In this document: piece after piece, positions 7,109 to 15,948 of the stretch
How the letters are laid out: each line of letters starts with the position of its first letter
Numbering within the stretch: the first letter of the stretch is position 1
Source of the DNA: a virus
Taxonomy: Duplodnaviria; Caudoviricetes
IMG/VR virus record: IMGVR_UViG_3300046786_000243
Coordinates: 1-26,240 of that record
Reading direction: 5' to 3' (one strand)
Length of the DNA: 26,240 nucleotides
The notes under the pieces: generated by a model
What the model was told of the DNA's origin: nothing
The model's input: only the letters and a program-made list of their open reading frames with translations
The model's database searches: none
Translations under genes and position numbers: made by a program

Positions 7109-7798
7109 ATGGCAACAGTTGAAAAGAAACAAAATGTAATCGAAGTATTGAAAAATGTAACATTGGCTTATGCTAAACTAGCAGAGCCTAGCAAGAAATA
7201 CCAATCAGAAGATTTGGAATACTCTGTAGATGCAATCGTAGATAAAGCCACTGCTAAAGCATGGAACAAGAAGTTTGCAAAACAGAAAGCTAAAGAATAT
7301 GAGCTGGAAGAGTTTCAAGAAAAATTCAAGATGGAATCCCCTTATGATGGTGACGAGGTATATGTTATCAAGATGAAGAAGGGCGCTAGTAAAGATGGTG
7401 AAATGTTTGATGTCAAATACCGTCCTAAAGTGTTCCTAGATGTAATGGAAGATGGTGTAAAGGTACGTACAGATATCACTGTCAGTCGTCTAATCAGTAA
7501 TGGTACAGTAGCAGATGTAAGCTACCGTGTTACAGAGAATGGTTTTGGTACATTCGCACAGCTACAGAACATCCGTATTGATGAGAAAAACTTTAAAGAA
7601 TATATCTCGTCAGGTGGTAAAGCTGCCGGTTCAGAGTTTGGAGATGATGACGTAGAAACACGTACAGAGCCTGAGAATGAGAACGCTACAAAGGCTCGTG
7701 CTAAGAAAGCTGAACAAGAAGATAAGCCTGCTGCTAAGGCTAAAGCAAAGCCTCCTGTAGAAGATGCTGAAGATGATGAAGAAAATTCGCCCTTCTGA
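7109..7798 (+). CDS. ssb: Single-stranded DNA-binding protein (T7 gp2.5-like architecture)
   Basis: TAAGGAG RBS; LAYAKL...EYSVD OB-fold-like core; flexible acidic tail ending DAEDDEENSPF; located between polymerase and exonuclease. Confidence 0.75.
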   Translation: MATVEKKQNVIEVLKNVTLAYAKLAEPSKKYQSEDLEYSVDAIVDKATAKAWNKKFAKQKAKEYELEEFQEKFKMESPYDGDEVYVIKMKKGASKDGEMFDVKYRPKVFLDVMEDGVKVRTDITVSRLISNGTVADVSYRVTENGFGTFAQLQNIRIDEKNFKEYISSGGKAAGSEFGDDDVETRTEPENENATKARAKKAEQEDKPAAKAKAKPPVEDAEDDEENSPF

Positions 7799-7827
7799 AA
7801 AGAAATGTTTTCGGAATAAATAATTAC

Positions 7828-7861
7828 AAGCCCTGTTGCCGAAAGGAGCAGGGCTTTTCTG
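7828..7861 (+). terminator. Rho-independent terminator
   Basis: AAGCCCTGTTGCC-GAAA-GGAGCAGGGCTT followed by TTCTGTTT. Confidence 0.85.
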
Positions 7862-7884
7862 TTTATGGAATAAGGAGAATAAAT

Positions 7885-7992
7885 ATGAATGAAGCATTGG
7901 TAGCAAAGATTATTGAATTGTTTGAAGATGATGAATTAGAAATCGTAGAAGATGAAGAATTGGGAGTATTCTGTGATTGGCAACCAAAATGA
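7885..7992 (+). CDS. 35-aa highly acidic micro-protein (MNEALVAKIIELFEDDELEIVEDEELGVFCDWQPK)
   Basis: Not in the ORF track. TAAGGAG RBS; stop overlaps the exonuclease start (ATGA). Confidence 0.8.
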   Translation: MNEALVAKIIELFEDDELEIVEDEELGVFCDWQPK

Positions 7993-8975
7993 GTAACTTT
8001 CAGACTGCTATTATTGACGCAGACTTTATCAAATACATGGCGGCTGCATGTGGAGAAAAACGTAGTGTTATTGTGACAAATGTCCACACAGGAGAGGAAC
8101 TTACTTTTAAGAACCGTACAGAATTCTATGGACGTGGTAAGAACAAGAACGGAGGATGGTTAGGGGACTACAACCTTGCTAAAAACACAGAGCTATCTTA
8201 TACTGATTTTACTATCCAAGATGTACAAACTAAGTTAGACTTCAGTAATTGCACAAACGTAGTCGATTATCAGATCAAACAAGGTTTGGCCGGTATTGGC
8301 ACAAGCAAGTATAAAGCTTTCATTGGACGCGGGGATAGCTTTCGTGTGGAACGTTCTACGCTCCTTAAGTATAAAGGTCAACGTACTAACCTACTAAAGC
8401 CACTGTATCTGAAAGATGTTGAGGAATATCTGATTGACAAGTATAATGCAGAGATTGTAACTGTCATCGAGAATGACGATAGGTGTGTAATGGAATGCTA
8501 TAAACAGCCTAACAACATCTTACTGGCAGCAGAAAAAGACTTCTATTCTTGCCCTGTTAAATATTACAACGCTGCTACCAAAGTAGGCACAATCAATTGC
8601 GATAAGTTTGGTAAACTAAGCCTTAACGAAAAGAAAGAAGTGAAGGGCTATGGTAGGCTCCATCTGTATTACCAAACCTGTGCTCAAGATGATAGTGACA
8701 ACTATAAAGCACATTGCATGTCAGACGTAGCTTGGGGTGAGCAGTCAGCTTATAAAGCTCTAGTAGGATGTAAGAATGATAAAGAGGCTTGGGAAGCGAT
8801 TGAAGGTGTATTCAAGCACTTATACCCAGAGCCTAAAGAAGTGGCAGGATGGAGAGGAGATACAATCCTGATTGATTGGGCTTACGTATTGAATGAGTGC
8901 TTTGACATGGCTCGTATGTTGCGCTACGATGGGGATAGAGTAGTAGCAACAGACGTTTTAAACAGCTTTAAATAA
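7989..8975 (+). CDS. 5'-3' exonuclease / RNase H (T7 gp6-like, FEN/PIN superfamily); start revised from 7977
   Basis: AIIDADF, FR...YKGQR...KP, ENDD, EKD, DDSDNY acidic motifs. Confidence 0.9.
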   Translation: MSNFQTAIIDADFIKYMAAACGEKRSVIVTNVHTGEELTFKNRTEFYGRGKNKNGGWLGDYNLAKNTELSYTDFTIQDVQTKLDFSNCTNVVDYQIKQGLAGIGTSKYKAFIGRGDSFRVERSTLLKYKGQRTNLLKPLYLKDVEEYLIDKYNAEIVTVIENDDRCVMECYKQPNNILLAAEKDFYSCPVKYYNAATKVGTINCDKFGKLSLNEKKEVKGYGRLHLYYQTCAQDDSDNYKAHCMSDVAWGEQSAYKALVGCKNDKEAWEAIEGVFKHLYPEPKEVAGWRGDTILIDWAYVLNECFDMARMLRYDGDRVVATDVLNSFK

Positions 8976-8986
8976 AGGAGAATAGT

Positions 8987-9208
8987 ATGGTAACGATTGA
9001 TATTCGTAAACACAAAGAACAAAAGATAGACGTAATTGAATTTGCTGATAAAGCAGGATTTGCAGCAACACGTTTAGTAAAAATGCACGGCTATGCCTTT
9101 TTAGCAAGTGAACATACAACAGCCTCAGATATTTCAAGCAAGGCTGCTGCACAAAACTTGATTAAAGCTCTAGAGAAAGCTATTGAATTGGGGTGGTGGA
9201 GTGAGTAA
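8987..9208 (+). CDS. Hypothetical protein, 73 aa
   Basis: AAGGAG RBS; C-terminal AQNLIKALEKAIELGW. Confidence 0.85.
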   Translation: MVTIDIRKHKEQKIDVIEFADKAGFAATRLVKMHGYAFLASEHTTASDISSKAAAQNLIKALEKAIELGWWSE

Positions 9209-9644
9209 ATTCAACATTGGGGATGTTATCAAAGTTATTGATGTAGCACAATCTTACACAACATATTTTGAATGGGCAGAGCAGCATAATTTAAATCAAT
9301 ACTCACTTGATAGTTTACCTTTTAAAGGTGAAGAAGGTGTAATCGTCACAAAAGGATATCACGAGAACAATGTAGACTTTTTGTATGGTATTGAAATAAA
9401 TGGTCGTCATTATATTCTAAGTGAAAAAGGATTAGAGCTAGCCTGTAATAATCCTGCTACAACCCTAGAAGCTGTATTACACCTACAGTCTATGCTAGAA
9501 TGTGTAGGAGATACAAAGATTGTTATTACAGAGCAAGAGTTGTTCGTAGAAGCTATGGGTAAAACATTTGTTTGTGAGAATGTGGAAGTGCTTGAAGAGG
9601 TTTGTAAGGCTGTTAACTATCTGAGCCAACAGGAGACAACGTGA
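9201..9644 (+). CDS. Hypothetical protein (GTG start 9201)
   Basis: MSKFNIGDVIKV N-terminal motif; overlaps both neighbours. Confidence 0.75.
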   Translation: MSKFNIGDVIKVIDVAQSYTTYFEWAEQHNLNQYSLDSLPFKGEEGVIVTKGYHENNVDFLYGIEINGRHYILSEKGLELACNNPATTLEAVLHLQSMLECVGDTKIVITEQELFVEAMGKTFVCENVEVLEEVCKAVNYLSQQETT

Positions 9645-10225
9645 GCAAAACCTCTGATAAAGAATCCCCATGGGAAGCCTACCCTTCAATATGGAAAACC
9701 AAAGCTGCTTTCATGGCTTGGTTACGTGGAGGTATTCGTAGAGGTCTATGGGAGAAATCCCCTATTAAGCTTGAGTTTATTAAGAAGAATCGTATACAGA
9801 TTCCTAACCCTAATCCTCGTGGTAATAAACCTACAGTATGGGGTGCTCAATGCGCTTTGACAGGAGAATACCATGTATTATCTAATATCCAGGTAGACCA
9901 TAAACAAGGAGAGAACAGGCTTAGAGATATTACAGATATTCAATCATTCATTGAAAATATTGTGCTAGTATGTGATGATGATCTACAGCTAGTATCTAAA
10001 GAAGCACACCGTCTCAAGACCCTATCAGATAAGCGTGGTATTACATTTGAAGAAGCTATCGTAGAGAAGAAAGTAATAGAGTTTGGCAAGCTTTCTGTAA
10101 ATGAACAAAAGAAATGCTTGCAATCCTTGTATGACGATGTTACAATTACATCTTTCAAAAATGCTGAACAACGGAAAGCTGCTTATAGGGCAAGCTTGTT
10201 AGGAGGAAAGAATGAACAAGTTTAA
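9641..10225 (+). CDS. Conserved phage HNH-family nuclease
   Basis: FMAWLRGGIRRGLW...QCALTG...IQVDH...LQLVSKEAHRLKT, an HNH-like beta-beta-alpha motif with degenerate Zn ligands. Confidence 0.8.
   Translation: MSKTSDKESPWEAYPSIWKTKAAFMAWLRGGIRRGLWEKSPIKLEFIKKNRIQIPNPNPRGNKPTVWGAQCALTGEYHVLSNIQVDHKQGENRLRDITDIQSFIENIVLVCDDDLQLVSKEAHRLKTLSDKRGITFEEAIVEKKVIEFGKLSVNEQKKCLQSLYDDVTITSFKNAEQRKAAYRASLLGGKNEQV
10118..10146 (+). promoter_or_regulatory. Intragenic sigma70 promoter with extended -10
   Basis: TTGCAA (10118-10123), 17-nt spacer, TG-n-TACAAT (10138-10146). GATGTTAYAAT is shared with the promoter at 5915. Confidence 0.7.
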
Positions 10226-10337
10226 GTCAGGTGACAAGGTAATTACAACACGGGAATGTGGTTGGTATGAACCCGGAGAAACATTGACAAAACAAGCTGA
10301 CAAGCTTGGTGAAGAAATTTGGAAGGGGAAGCTGTGA
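10212..10337 (+). CDS. 41-aa hypothetical protein (MNKFKSGDKVITTRECGWYEPGETLTKQADKLGEEIWKGKL)
   Basis: Not in the ORF track. AGGAGG RBS; KFKxGDKV motif; GTGA overlap with the next gene. Confidence 0.75.
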   Translation: MNKFKSGDKVITTRECGWYEPGETLTKQADKLGEEIWKGKL

Positions 10338-10624
10338 AGGCTCAATTGAGAAAATACACAAATGAATATAAAGATTTAGATGGGGAAACTATTGAAGAAA
10401 TTCTCTTCTATTTTAATAGGCTCCTAAAAGATGGAACACCTTCTAACGCTACTGTAGAATTTGACTCTGATAGTTCAGGGGTAGTTACCAGTATTTATTG
10501 GTATCGTGAAGAAACTGATGAAGAATATGCACAACGTATTGCTGCTAGTGAGAAAGTTAAAGAAAATATTGAACAGCAAGATCGTGTAAGATTTGAACAA
10601 TTGAAAGCTAAATATGGCTGGTAA
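10334..10624 (+). CDS. Hypothetical protein (GTG start 10334)
   Basis: REETDEEYAQR...FEQLKAKYG C-terminus typical of small phage proteins. Confidence 0.8.
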   Translation: MKAQLRKYTNEYKDLDGETIEEILFYFNRLLKDGTPSNATVEFDSDSSGVVTSIYWYREETDEEYAQRIAASEKVKENIEQQDRVRFEQLKAKYGW

Positions 10625-12146
10625 AAGAATTCTTGTCATAGGAGATACACAATGTAAGCCAGAAGAAGATTTAAGTTATATGTCTGCTATTGGTAAATAT
10701 ATTGTAGATAAACGTCCTGATGTTGTTGTACATATTGGAGATCATTTTGATTTTCCTAGCCTGAGTAGCTATGACAAAGGTAAGAAATCTTTTGAGGGGC
10801 GTAGGCTTAAAGCTGACATTGAAGCTGGTGTTAAGGGAATGGATAATCTTCTCATGCCATTAAAGAAGTTACAAGATAAACAGAAAGCAAACAAGAAAAA
10901 GATATATTTACCTGAGTTACATTTCTGCACAGGAAATCATGAATCACGCTATGACCGACTTGCAGAAGATACTCCAGAGCTTGCTGGGTTTGTTGGAACT
11001 GAACTCCTATGTCTTGAAAAATATGGATGGATTGTGCATCCATTTCTTAAACCTGTAGAGATTAATGGCATATATTTTGTGCATTATCTAGCTAATCCGT
11101 TCTCTAGCAAACCTTATGGAGGTACAGCTATGAACCAACTTAAAACGGTAGGCAAGAGCTTTGTTGTAGGTCATAAGCAGTGTCTGGATATTGCCATTCG
11201 TCCTACTATTGATGGAGGTCATCAACTTGGTGTTGTGGTAGGGGCTTGTCTGACGCCAGATCATAAAGTGTTGACTAGTGATCTTAGATACATTCCATTG
11301 GGAGATGTAAAGGTTGGGGAGGAAATTGTTAGTATTGATGAATTTCCGCCAGAGGGTGAGACTAACCGTAGATTTAAAACTGGTAAAGTACTTGCACATA
11401 AACTTGAGAAAGATACTGTCTTTAAAGTTACACTATCAGATGGTACAATTTTTAAGGTTACAAATGATCATAAATGGCTTGTTAAGACTGGTAGTATGTA
11501 CCTATGGAAAGAAACTTGGCAATTGCGAAAAGGTACAAGAATACCTAAAGTTTTAGATACATGGGATACGGCTACGTCATTTAATGCAGGCTGGTTATCA
11601 GGGATATATGACGGGGAGGGTTCTTACTCCGCAAGAAAATCTGGAAATGCCATCTGTGCTCAAATGTCTGTGTACCAGAAAGAAGGTTTGGTTTTAGAAA
11701 AAATCAAAGCAACTCTTAAAGAGTTAGATTTAGTGCCAAACTACTCAATTGCGTGTAAGCGCGATGTTGGTGAGGTAAAAGTAAAGGGTGGGGTAAAAAA
11801 TATAGCAAAGTTATTAGGTTCTATTCGACCTGTTAGACTTTTATCTAAGTTTTTGCCAGAACACTTGGGAGCATTGAAAACTACAAGTTCTGAAAATCCA
11901 ACTGTGGTTAGTATTGAGCCAATCGGAGAGATGGATATTGTAAGAATTGCAGTTGACGAAAAAACTATGATTGTAGATGGCTTTGTACACCATAATTGTT
12001 ACCCATTTGACGAACGCTTTAAGGGTTGGCAGGGTAATAACCATTTTAGGGGTGTTGTTATGTTGCATGAGGTTGAGAACGGATTTGCACTACCAATGCC
12101 TGTTAGCTTAAATTACCTTACTGATAAATATAAGGAGAATAAATGA
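10614..12146 (+). CDS. Calcineurin-like metallophosphoesterase containing an intein (260 aa after splicing)
   Basis: ILVIGDTQ, HIGDHFD, GNHE, VH, GHKQ motifs; interrupted at GA|CY. Confidence 0.9.
   Translation: MAGKRILVIGDTQCKPEEDLSYMSAIGKYIVDKRPDVVVHIGDHFDFPSLSSYDKGKKSFEGRRLKADIEAGVKGMDNLLMPLKKLQDKQKANKKKIYLPELHFCTGNHESRYDRLAEDTPELAGFVGTELLCLEKYGWIVHPFLKPVEINGIYFVHYLANPFSSKPYGGTAMNQLKTVGKSFVVGHKQCLDIAIRPTIDGGHQLGVVVGACLTPDHKVLTSDLRYIPLGDVKVGEEIVSIDEFPPEGETNRRFKTGKVLAHKLEKDTVFKVTLSDGTIFKVTNDHKWLVKTGSMYLWKETWQLRKGTRIPKVLDTWDTATSFNAGWLSGIYDGEGSYSARKSGNAICAQMSVYQKEGLVLEKIKATLKELDLVPNYSIACKRDVGEVKVKGGVKNIAKLLGSIRPVRLLSKFLPEHLGALKTTSSENPTVVSIEPIGEMDIVRIAVDEKTMIVDGFVHHNCYPFDERFKGWQGNNHFRGVVMLHEVENGFALPMPVSLNYLTDKYKENK
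11247..11996 (+). mobile_element. Intein, 250 aa, with LAGLIDADG-type endonuclease region
   Basis: Block A CLTPDHKVLT, block B VTNDHKWL, WLSGIYDGEGS, block G FVHHN followed by +1 Cys. Confidence 0.93.
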
Positions 12147-12427
12147 TTAGTATGTGGCAAGTGCAGCTAGGGAATCACCCTATCGCTCTACACCTATTTC
12201 CTAACGGGCAAGTGGCTTTCACCCCGTTGAAAGAATTGAATAACACAATCATTGATTACAGTGATTTCATGGAAGTGTACATTACCAAATTTGGTATTGA
12301 CCTTGTTGATGTAGAAACACGTGATGAAGAACACATCACATTCGGCGTAGTAACAAGCTATAAAGATAAACTAATGTTACTACGATGGCTTGAAAGCTTT
12401 AAGCTTCATTATAACAGTAGCTTCTAA
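12143..12427 (+). CDS. Hypothetical protein, 94 aa
   Basis: TAAGGAG RBS; ATGA overlap. Confidence 0.8.
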   Translation: MISMWQVQLGNHPIALHLFPNGQVAFTPLKELNNTIIDYSDFMEVYITKFGIDLVDVETRDEEHITFGVVTSYKDKLMLLRWLESFKLHYNSSF

Positions 12428-12450
12428 CAACAATAAGAAAGAGAGAATAT

Positions 12451-12975
12451 ATGAATAAAATTGATTCCAATGCAATTGCAGCAGCCTTTGATAGTGTACA
12501 TGAGTTTAATGACATTTCAGGGCAGCTACAAGGCGATATGGTGAAGGGGGTTGACCTATCCCTATCCCTTATCTGGGAAGAGTACCTAGAGTCCCTAGAA
12601 GCTCTGGAAAAGGCATATCAGGATAACTCTCAGGTGTTCCTTCAAGATTACGAAGAAGAACTACTAGATGGTGCTTGTGATTTGTTTGTAGTGACAATGG
12701 GCTTTCTACAGAAACTGAAAGTAGCAGGGTTTAATGTAGAAGAAGCTCTTATGCGGGTATGTAAGAATAATATGGAAAAGTTCCCTGCTGCTATTCCTCC
12801 GCAAGATTATAATTGGTATGAGAACAATGGATTGACAGTGACACGTAATGCTGACTATGGGCGATTTGTTATTAAAGACTCTAACATGAAAACACGTAAG
12901 CCAGTTGACTTTCAACCTGTTGTTTTGGCAGATTTAGTTCCAGCAACCTTCTTTGAGGGCTTGTCTAATGGCTAA
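12451..12975 (+). CDS. All-alpha NTP pyrophosphohydrolase (MazG/PRA-PH-like)
   Basis: LIWEEYLE...EELLDGACDLFVVTMG...V..NNMEKF...K..KP pattern. Confidence 0.8.
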   Translation: MNKIDSNAIAAAFDSVHEFNDISGQLQGDMVKGVDLSLSLIWEEYLESLEALEKAYQDNSQVFLQDYEEELLDGACDLFVVTMGFLQKLKVAGFNVEEALMRVCKNNMEKFPAAIPPQDYNWYENNGLTVTRNADYGRFVIKDSNMKTRKPVDFQPVVLADLVPATFFEGLSNG

Positions 12976-13453
12976 AGCTGTCAGCATGAAGGATGTAATT
13001 AAATGCCTAAATTATCTTGGTCATGAAGGGATTAATGAGATTCATCTTCTCCCTCGTTATCAAGATGATATTGTAAAACCTGTGTTACACGAGCTTGGTA
13101 TTGATGTTAATAAGGGCTTCTACATCAAGGCTCAGAAGCACCGTACATTAGATAATGATATTCATCTTGGTTATCGTTATTATGGTACAATCCGTTCAGA
13201 TCGTGAATGGGCAAATAATAAAGCATGTGATGTAATGGAACGTATTGCTATTACATCATTTACAGACATTAGCCTTACAAAAGAGCTGTGTAATCTTGTA
13301 GGGCGTAATGTAGATTTATCTGAAGCACAGGGTAGCTTCCCCATGCTTGATACAGAAATTATCCATGACCTTGTTGTGGAAACATATGAAGCTGATAGTA
13401 GACTGATTAAACAGTTAGATGAAATTTGTAAGAATGTTCGAGGTGATGAATGA
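12968..13453 (+). CDS. Hypothetical protein, 161 aa (start revised from 12953)
   Basis: GAGG RBS before ATG 12968; overlaps both neighbours. Confidence 0.8.
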   Translation: MAKAVSMKDVIKCLNYLGHEGINEIHLLPRYQDDIVKPVLHELGIDVNKGFYIKAQKHRTLDNDIHLGYRYYGTIRSDREWANNKACDVMERIAITSFTDISLTKELCNLVGRNVDLSEAQGSFPMLDTEIIHDLVVETYEADSRLIKQLDEICKNVRGDE

Positions 13454-14730
13454 GTGTTGCTACAATCCGTAAACGAAATGGTAATATTGAACCGTTTAAT
13501 GCCGACAAGCTTAATAAATGGGCAGAATGGGCAGCAGACATTGATGTTGATTGGAGCAGTGTTGTATTAGAGGCTTGTCGTAAATGTTATGATGGTTGTA
13601 CAACAGAAGATTTACATAATGCCATGATTGCGGCTTGTGTAGATATGGAAACTATTCAACATCTGAAGATGGCAGGTAGGCTATATATTGGGGCATTAAT
13701 TAAAGACACTTTTGGGAGCTTAGATAATATCCCTACGTTACCACAAATGTACTCTAACATGGTTAGCAACGGTTTATGGGCAAAAATGGATTACAGCAAA
13801 GAGGAATTAAACTACCTACAAACTGTAATCGACCACTCAAAAGACTTTGAAACAAACCTGACAGAGATTAAACAAATTGTTGACAAATATGCAATTGTTG
13901 ATCGTGTAGATAAAAAAGTAAAAGAAACCCCTCAATTTGTGTATATGCGTATGGCGATGGGGAATATGGAAAAGATGCCTAAGGGCCGGAGAATGGAGGA
14001 TGTAGTTAAACTGTATAGCTATCTTAGCGATAAGAAGATTAATGCCCCTACTCCTTTTAGTATTAACCTTGGGACACCAAAGAAGCAGTATGCAAGTTGC
14101 TGTGTAACAACTACCTTAGATACTGCCGATAGTCTTGCAGCAGCAGACCATATTGCTTACCTGATGACTTGTGCCAGTGCAGGTATTGGTAGCCACATTA
14201 AGACCCGTAGTAAGGGTTCTAAGGTGCGCCAAGGGGCTGTTGTACATCAAGGTAAGCTACCCTATTATAAGGTTAGTCAATCTGTTGTAGGTGCTAATCT
14301 ACAAAGCTCTAGAGGGGGTGCAATGACTATGCACTTCAATTGCCTAGACCCTGAAATTATGGACTTGTTAGCACTAAAGAATGTACAAACAGTAGAACAA
14401 AAACGCATCAAAGATATTGACTACTCATTTGGTTATAACGAAGAGTTTGCAAGACGTGTAGCTAAAAATGAAAAGTGGATGCTTGTTAGCTATGAAAGTT
14501 GTCCAGAGTTGTATGAGGCAATGTATGAAGGTAATCAAGATACATTTATCAAGCTATACCAAGATATTGAGCAAAATACCAATATTCATAAAGTATTTGT
14601 AGATGCGCGTGAAATTGCTGTAAAAGCTCTTAAAGAAGGTGTGGAAACTGGTCGTATGTATTTACATCGGACAGATGAAATGAATCGACACACTCCTTTT
14701 AAGGATAAGATTTACAGTAGTAATTTGTGT
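13450..14730 (+). CDS. nrdA: Class Ia ribonucleotide reductase alpha subunit, exon 1 (427 codons)
   Basis: N-terminal ATP-cone (IRKRNG..EPFN.DK), ETPQF, PTP, ASCC, AGIG, RGGA; ends at catalytic SNLC. Confidence 0.95.
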
Positions 14731-14989
14731 TGAGTCTAGCACCCTTGTCCTGTAAAGGACATTGAATAAGCCATTGAACTCAGGGGAAATCTAGGACAGA
14801 TAATCCTGATCTAAGACTCTGAAAAGAGTAAAGAGCAACGACTATCCCGAAAGGGAGTAGGGTAAAGTTACCCGAAGCGGTGGCCCCTTGTATCAAGAAA
14901 CAAGGTGATGATATAGTCTGGTCTGTATAGGGATATACAGCAGCTTGAATAAAGCGGAATGAGATTAACGACCTCATTTGAACAACACG
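14731..14989 (+). mobile_element. Group I intron (IA-like), 259 nt, no endonuclease ORF
   Basis: Exon U14730 pairs with G14739 in P1 (GTGT/GCAC). P2 TGTCCT-GTAA-AGGACA; P3 GCCATTG/CGGTGGC; P7 GACTA 14840/TAGTC 14914; P7.1 TCCC-GAAA-GGGA; P8 CCTTGT/ACAAGG; P9 hairpins; terminal G14989. Removal restores SNLC|QEIALPT in frame. Confidence 0.93.
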
Positions 14990-15940
14990 CAAGAAATCGC
15001 TCTGCCAACAAAAGGATATACCAGTGTATCAGAGCTTTATAAAGATTCTGTAGGAACTGGTGAAATTGGATTATGCTCTCTAGGAGCAATCGTACTAGGG
15101 AATACTCAAGAGGTAGACTACGAAGATGTTGCGTATTACACTGTACTGATGATTGACAATGTAATTGAAATTATGGACTATCCGTTTCCACAGCTAGGGT
15201 ATACTGCTAAGAAACGTCGTAGTATCGGTGTTGGTATGACTAACATGGCATATGACCTAGCAAAGAATGGTTACGACTATTCTTCTAAAGGGAGTAAACA
15301 ATATATCCATATGCTTGCAGAGCGTCATAGCTACTACTTACACAAAGCTTCTCTGCGTCTTGCTAAAGAGCGTGGAAACTGTGAGTGGATTGATAAAACA
15401 AAGTATGTAGATGGATGGTTGCCTATCGACACGTATTGTAAAGAAGTTGACAGCATTATTAATAATACGTTAAAATATGATTGGGAAACCCTACGTAAAG
15501 ATATTATGAAACAAGGAGGTATCCGTAATAGTGTGCTAGAGGCTTTCATGCCAAATGAAAGTAGTAGCGTAGCTACAGGGGGTACTAACAGCATTTACCC
15601 TATTCGAGCTATCAAAGTTATTAAGACAAGTGGAACAAATAAGAATTTATTTATTGCACCAGAATCAGATGTGTTGTATTATGAATCTGCTTGGGATATC
15701 TCCACAAAAGATATGATTGATGTATATGCAATAGTACAGAAATTCACAGGACAAGCTATTAGTGCTGATTTGTATATCAAATATGGTACTAATACAGGTG
15801 ATAGGAATATTGGTGTAAGGGAGTTGTTGACAAATTTCTTATACCTAACTAAAATGGGGTTAAAGACACGTTACTACGTTAATAGTAGCACTGCTGTCGA
15901 GGATCAAAAAGGTTGTAATAGCGGTGGATGTACATTATAG
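14990..15940 (+). CDS. nrdA: Ribonucleotide reductase alpha subunit, exon 2 (spliced product 743 aa)
   Basis: QEIALPT, LCSLG, RRSIGVG, MPNESSS, QAISAD, KTRYY; C-terminal GCNSGGCTL. Confidence 0.95.
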   Translation, partial: QEIALPTKGYTSVSELYKDSVGTGEIGLCSLGAIVLGNTQEVDYEDVAYYTVLMIDNVIEIMDYPFPQLGYTAKKRRSIGVGMTNMAYDLAKNGYDYSSKGSKQYIHMLAERHSYYLHKASLRLAKERGNCEWIDKTKYVDGWLPIDTYCKEVDSIINNTLKYDWETLRKDIMKQGGIRNSVLEAFMPNESSSVATGGTNSIYPIRAIKVIKTSGTNKNLFIAPESDVLYYESAWDISTKDMIDVYAIVQKFTGQAISADLYIKYGTNTGDRNIGVRELLTNFLYLTKMGLKTRYYVNSSTAVEDQKGCNSGGCTL

Positions 15941-15948
15941 GAGAAAGT

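Noticed and set aside
12390-12415. TTGAAA...TATAAC promoter-like pair before the MazG-like gene
   Set aside because: The spacer is only 14 nt.
1949-12975. 2-aminoadenine (Z-DNA) or other hypermodification system suggested by PolA + MazG-like + phosphoesterase
   Set aside because: No PurZ, HD-domain DatZ or base-modifying enzymes in the window; the methylases imply ordinary bases.
14731-14733. TGA after SNLC as a nrdA nonsense mutation, selenocysteine/readthrough, or Aeh1-style split gene
   Set aside because: The intervening 259 nt fold as a complete group I intron, and its excision restores the active-site motif exactly.
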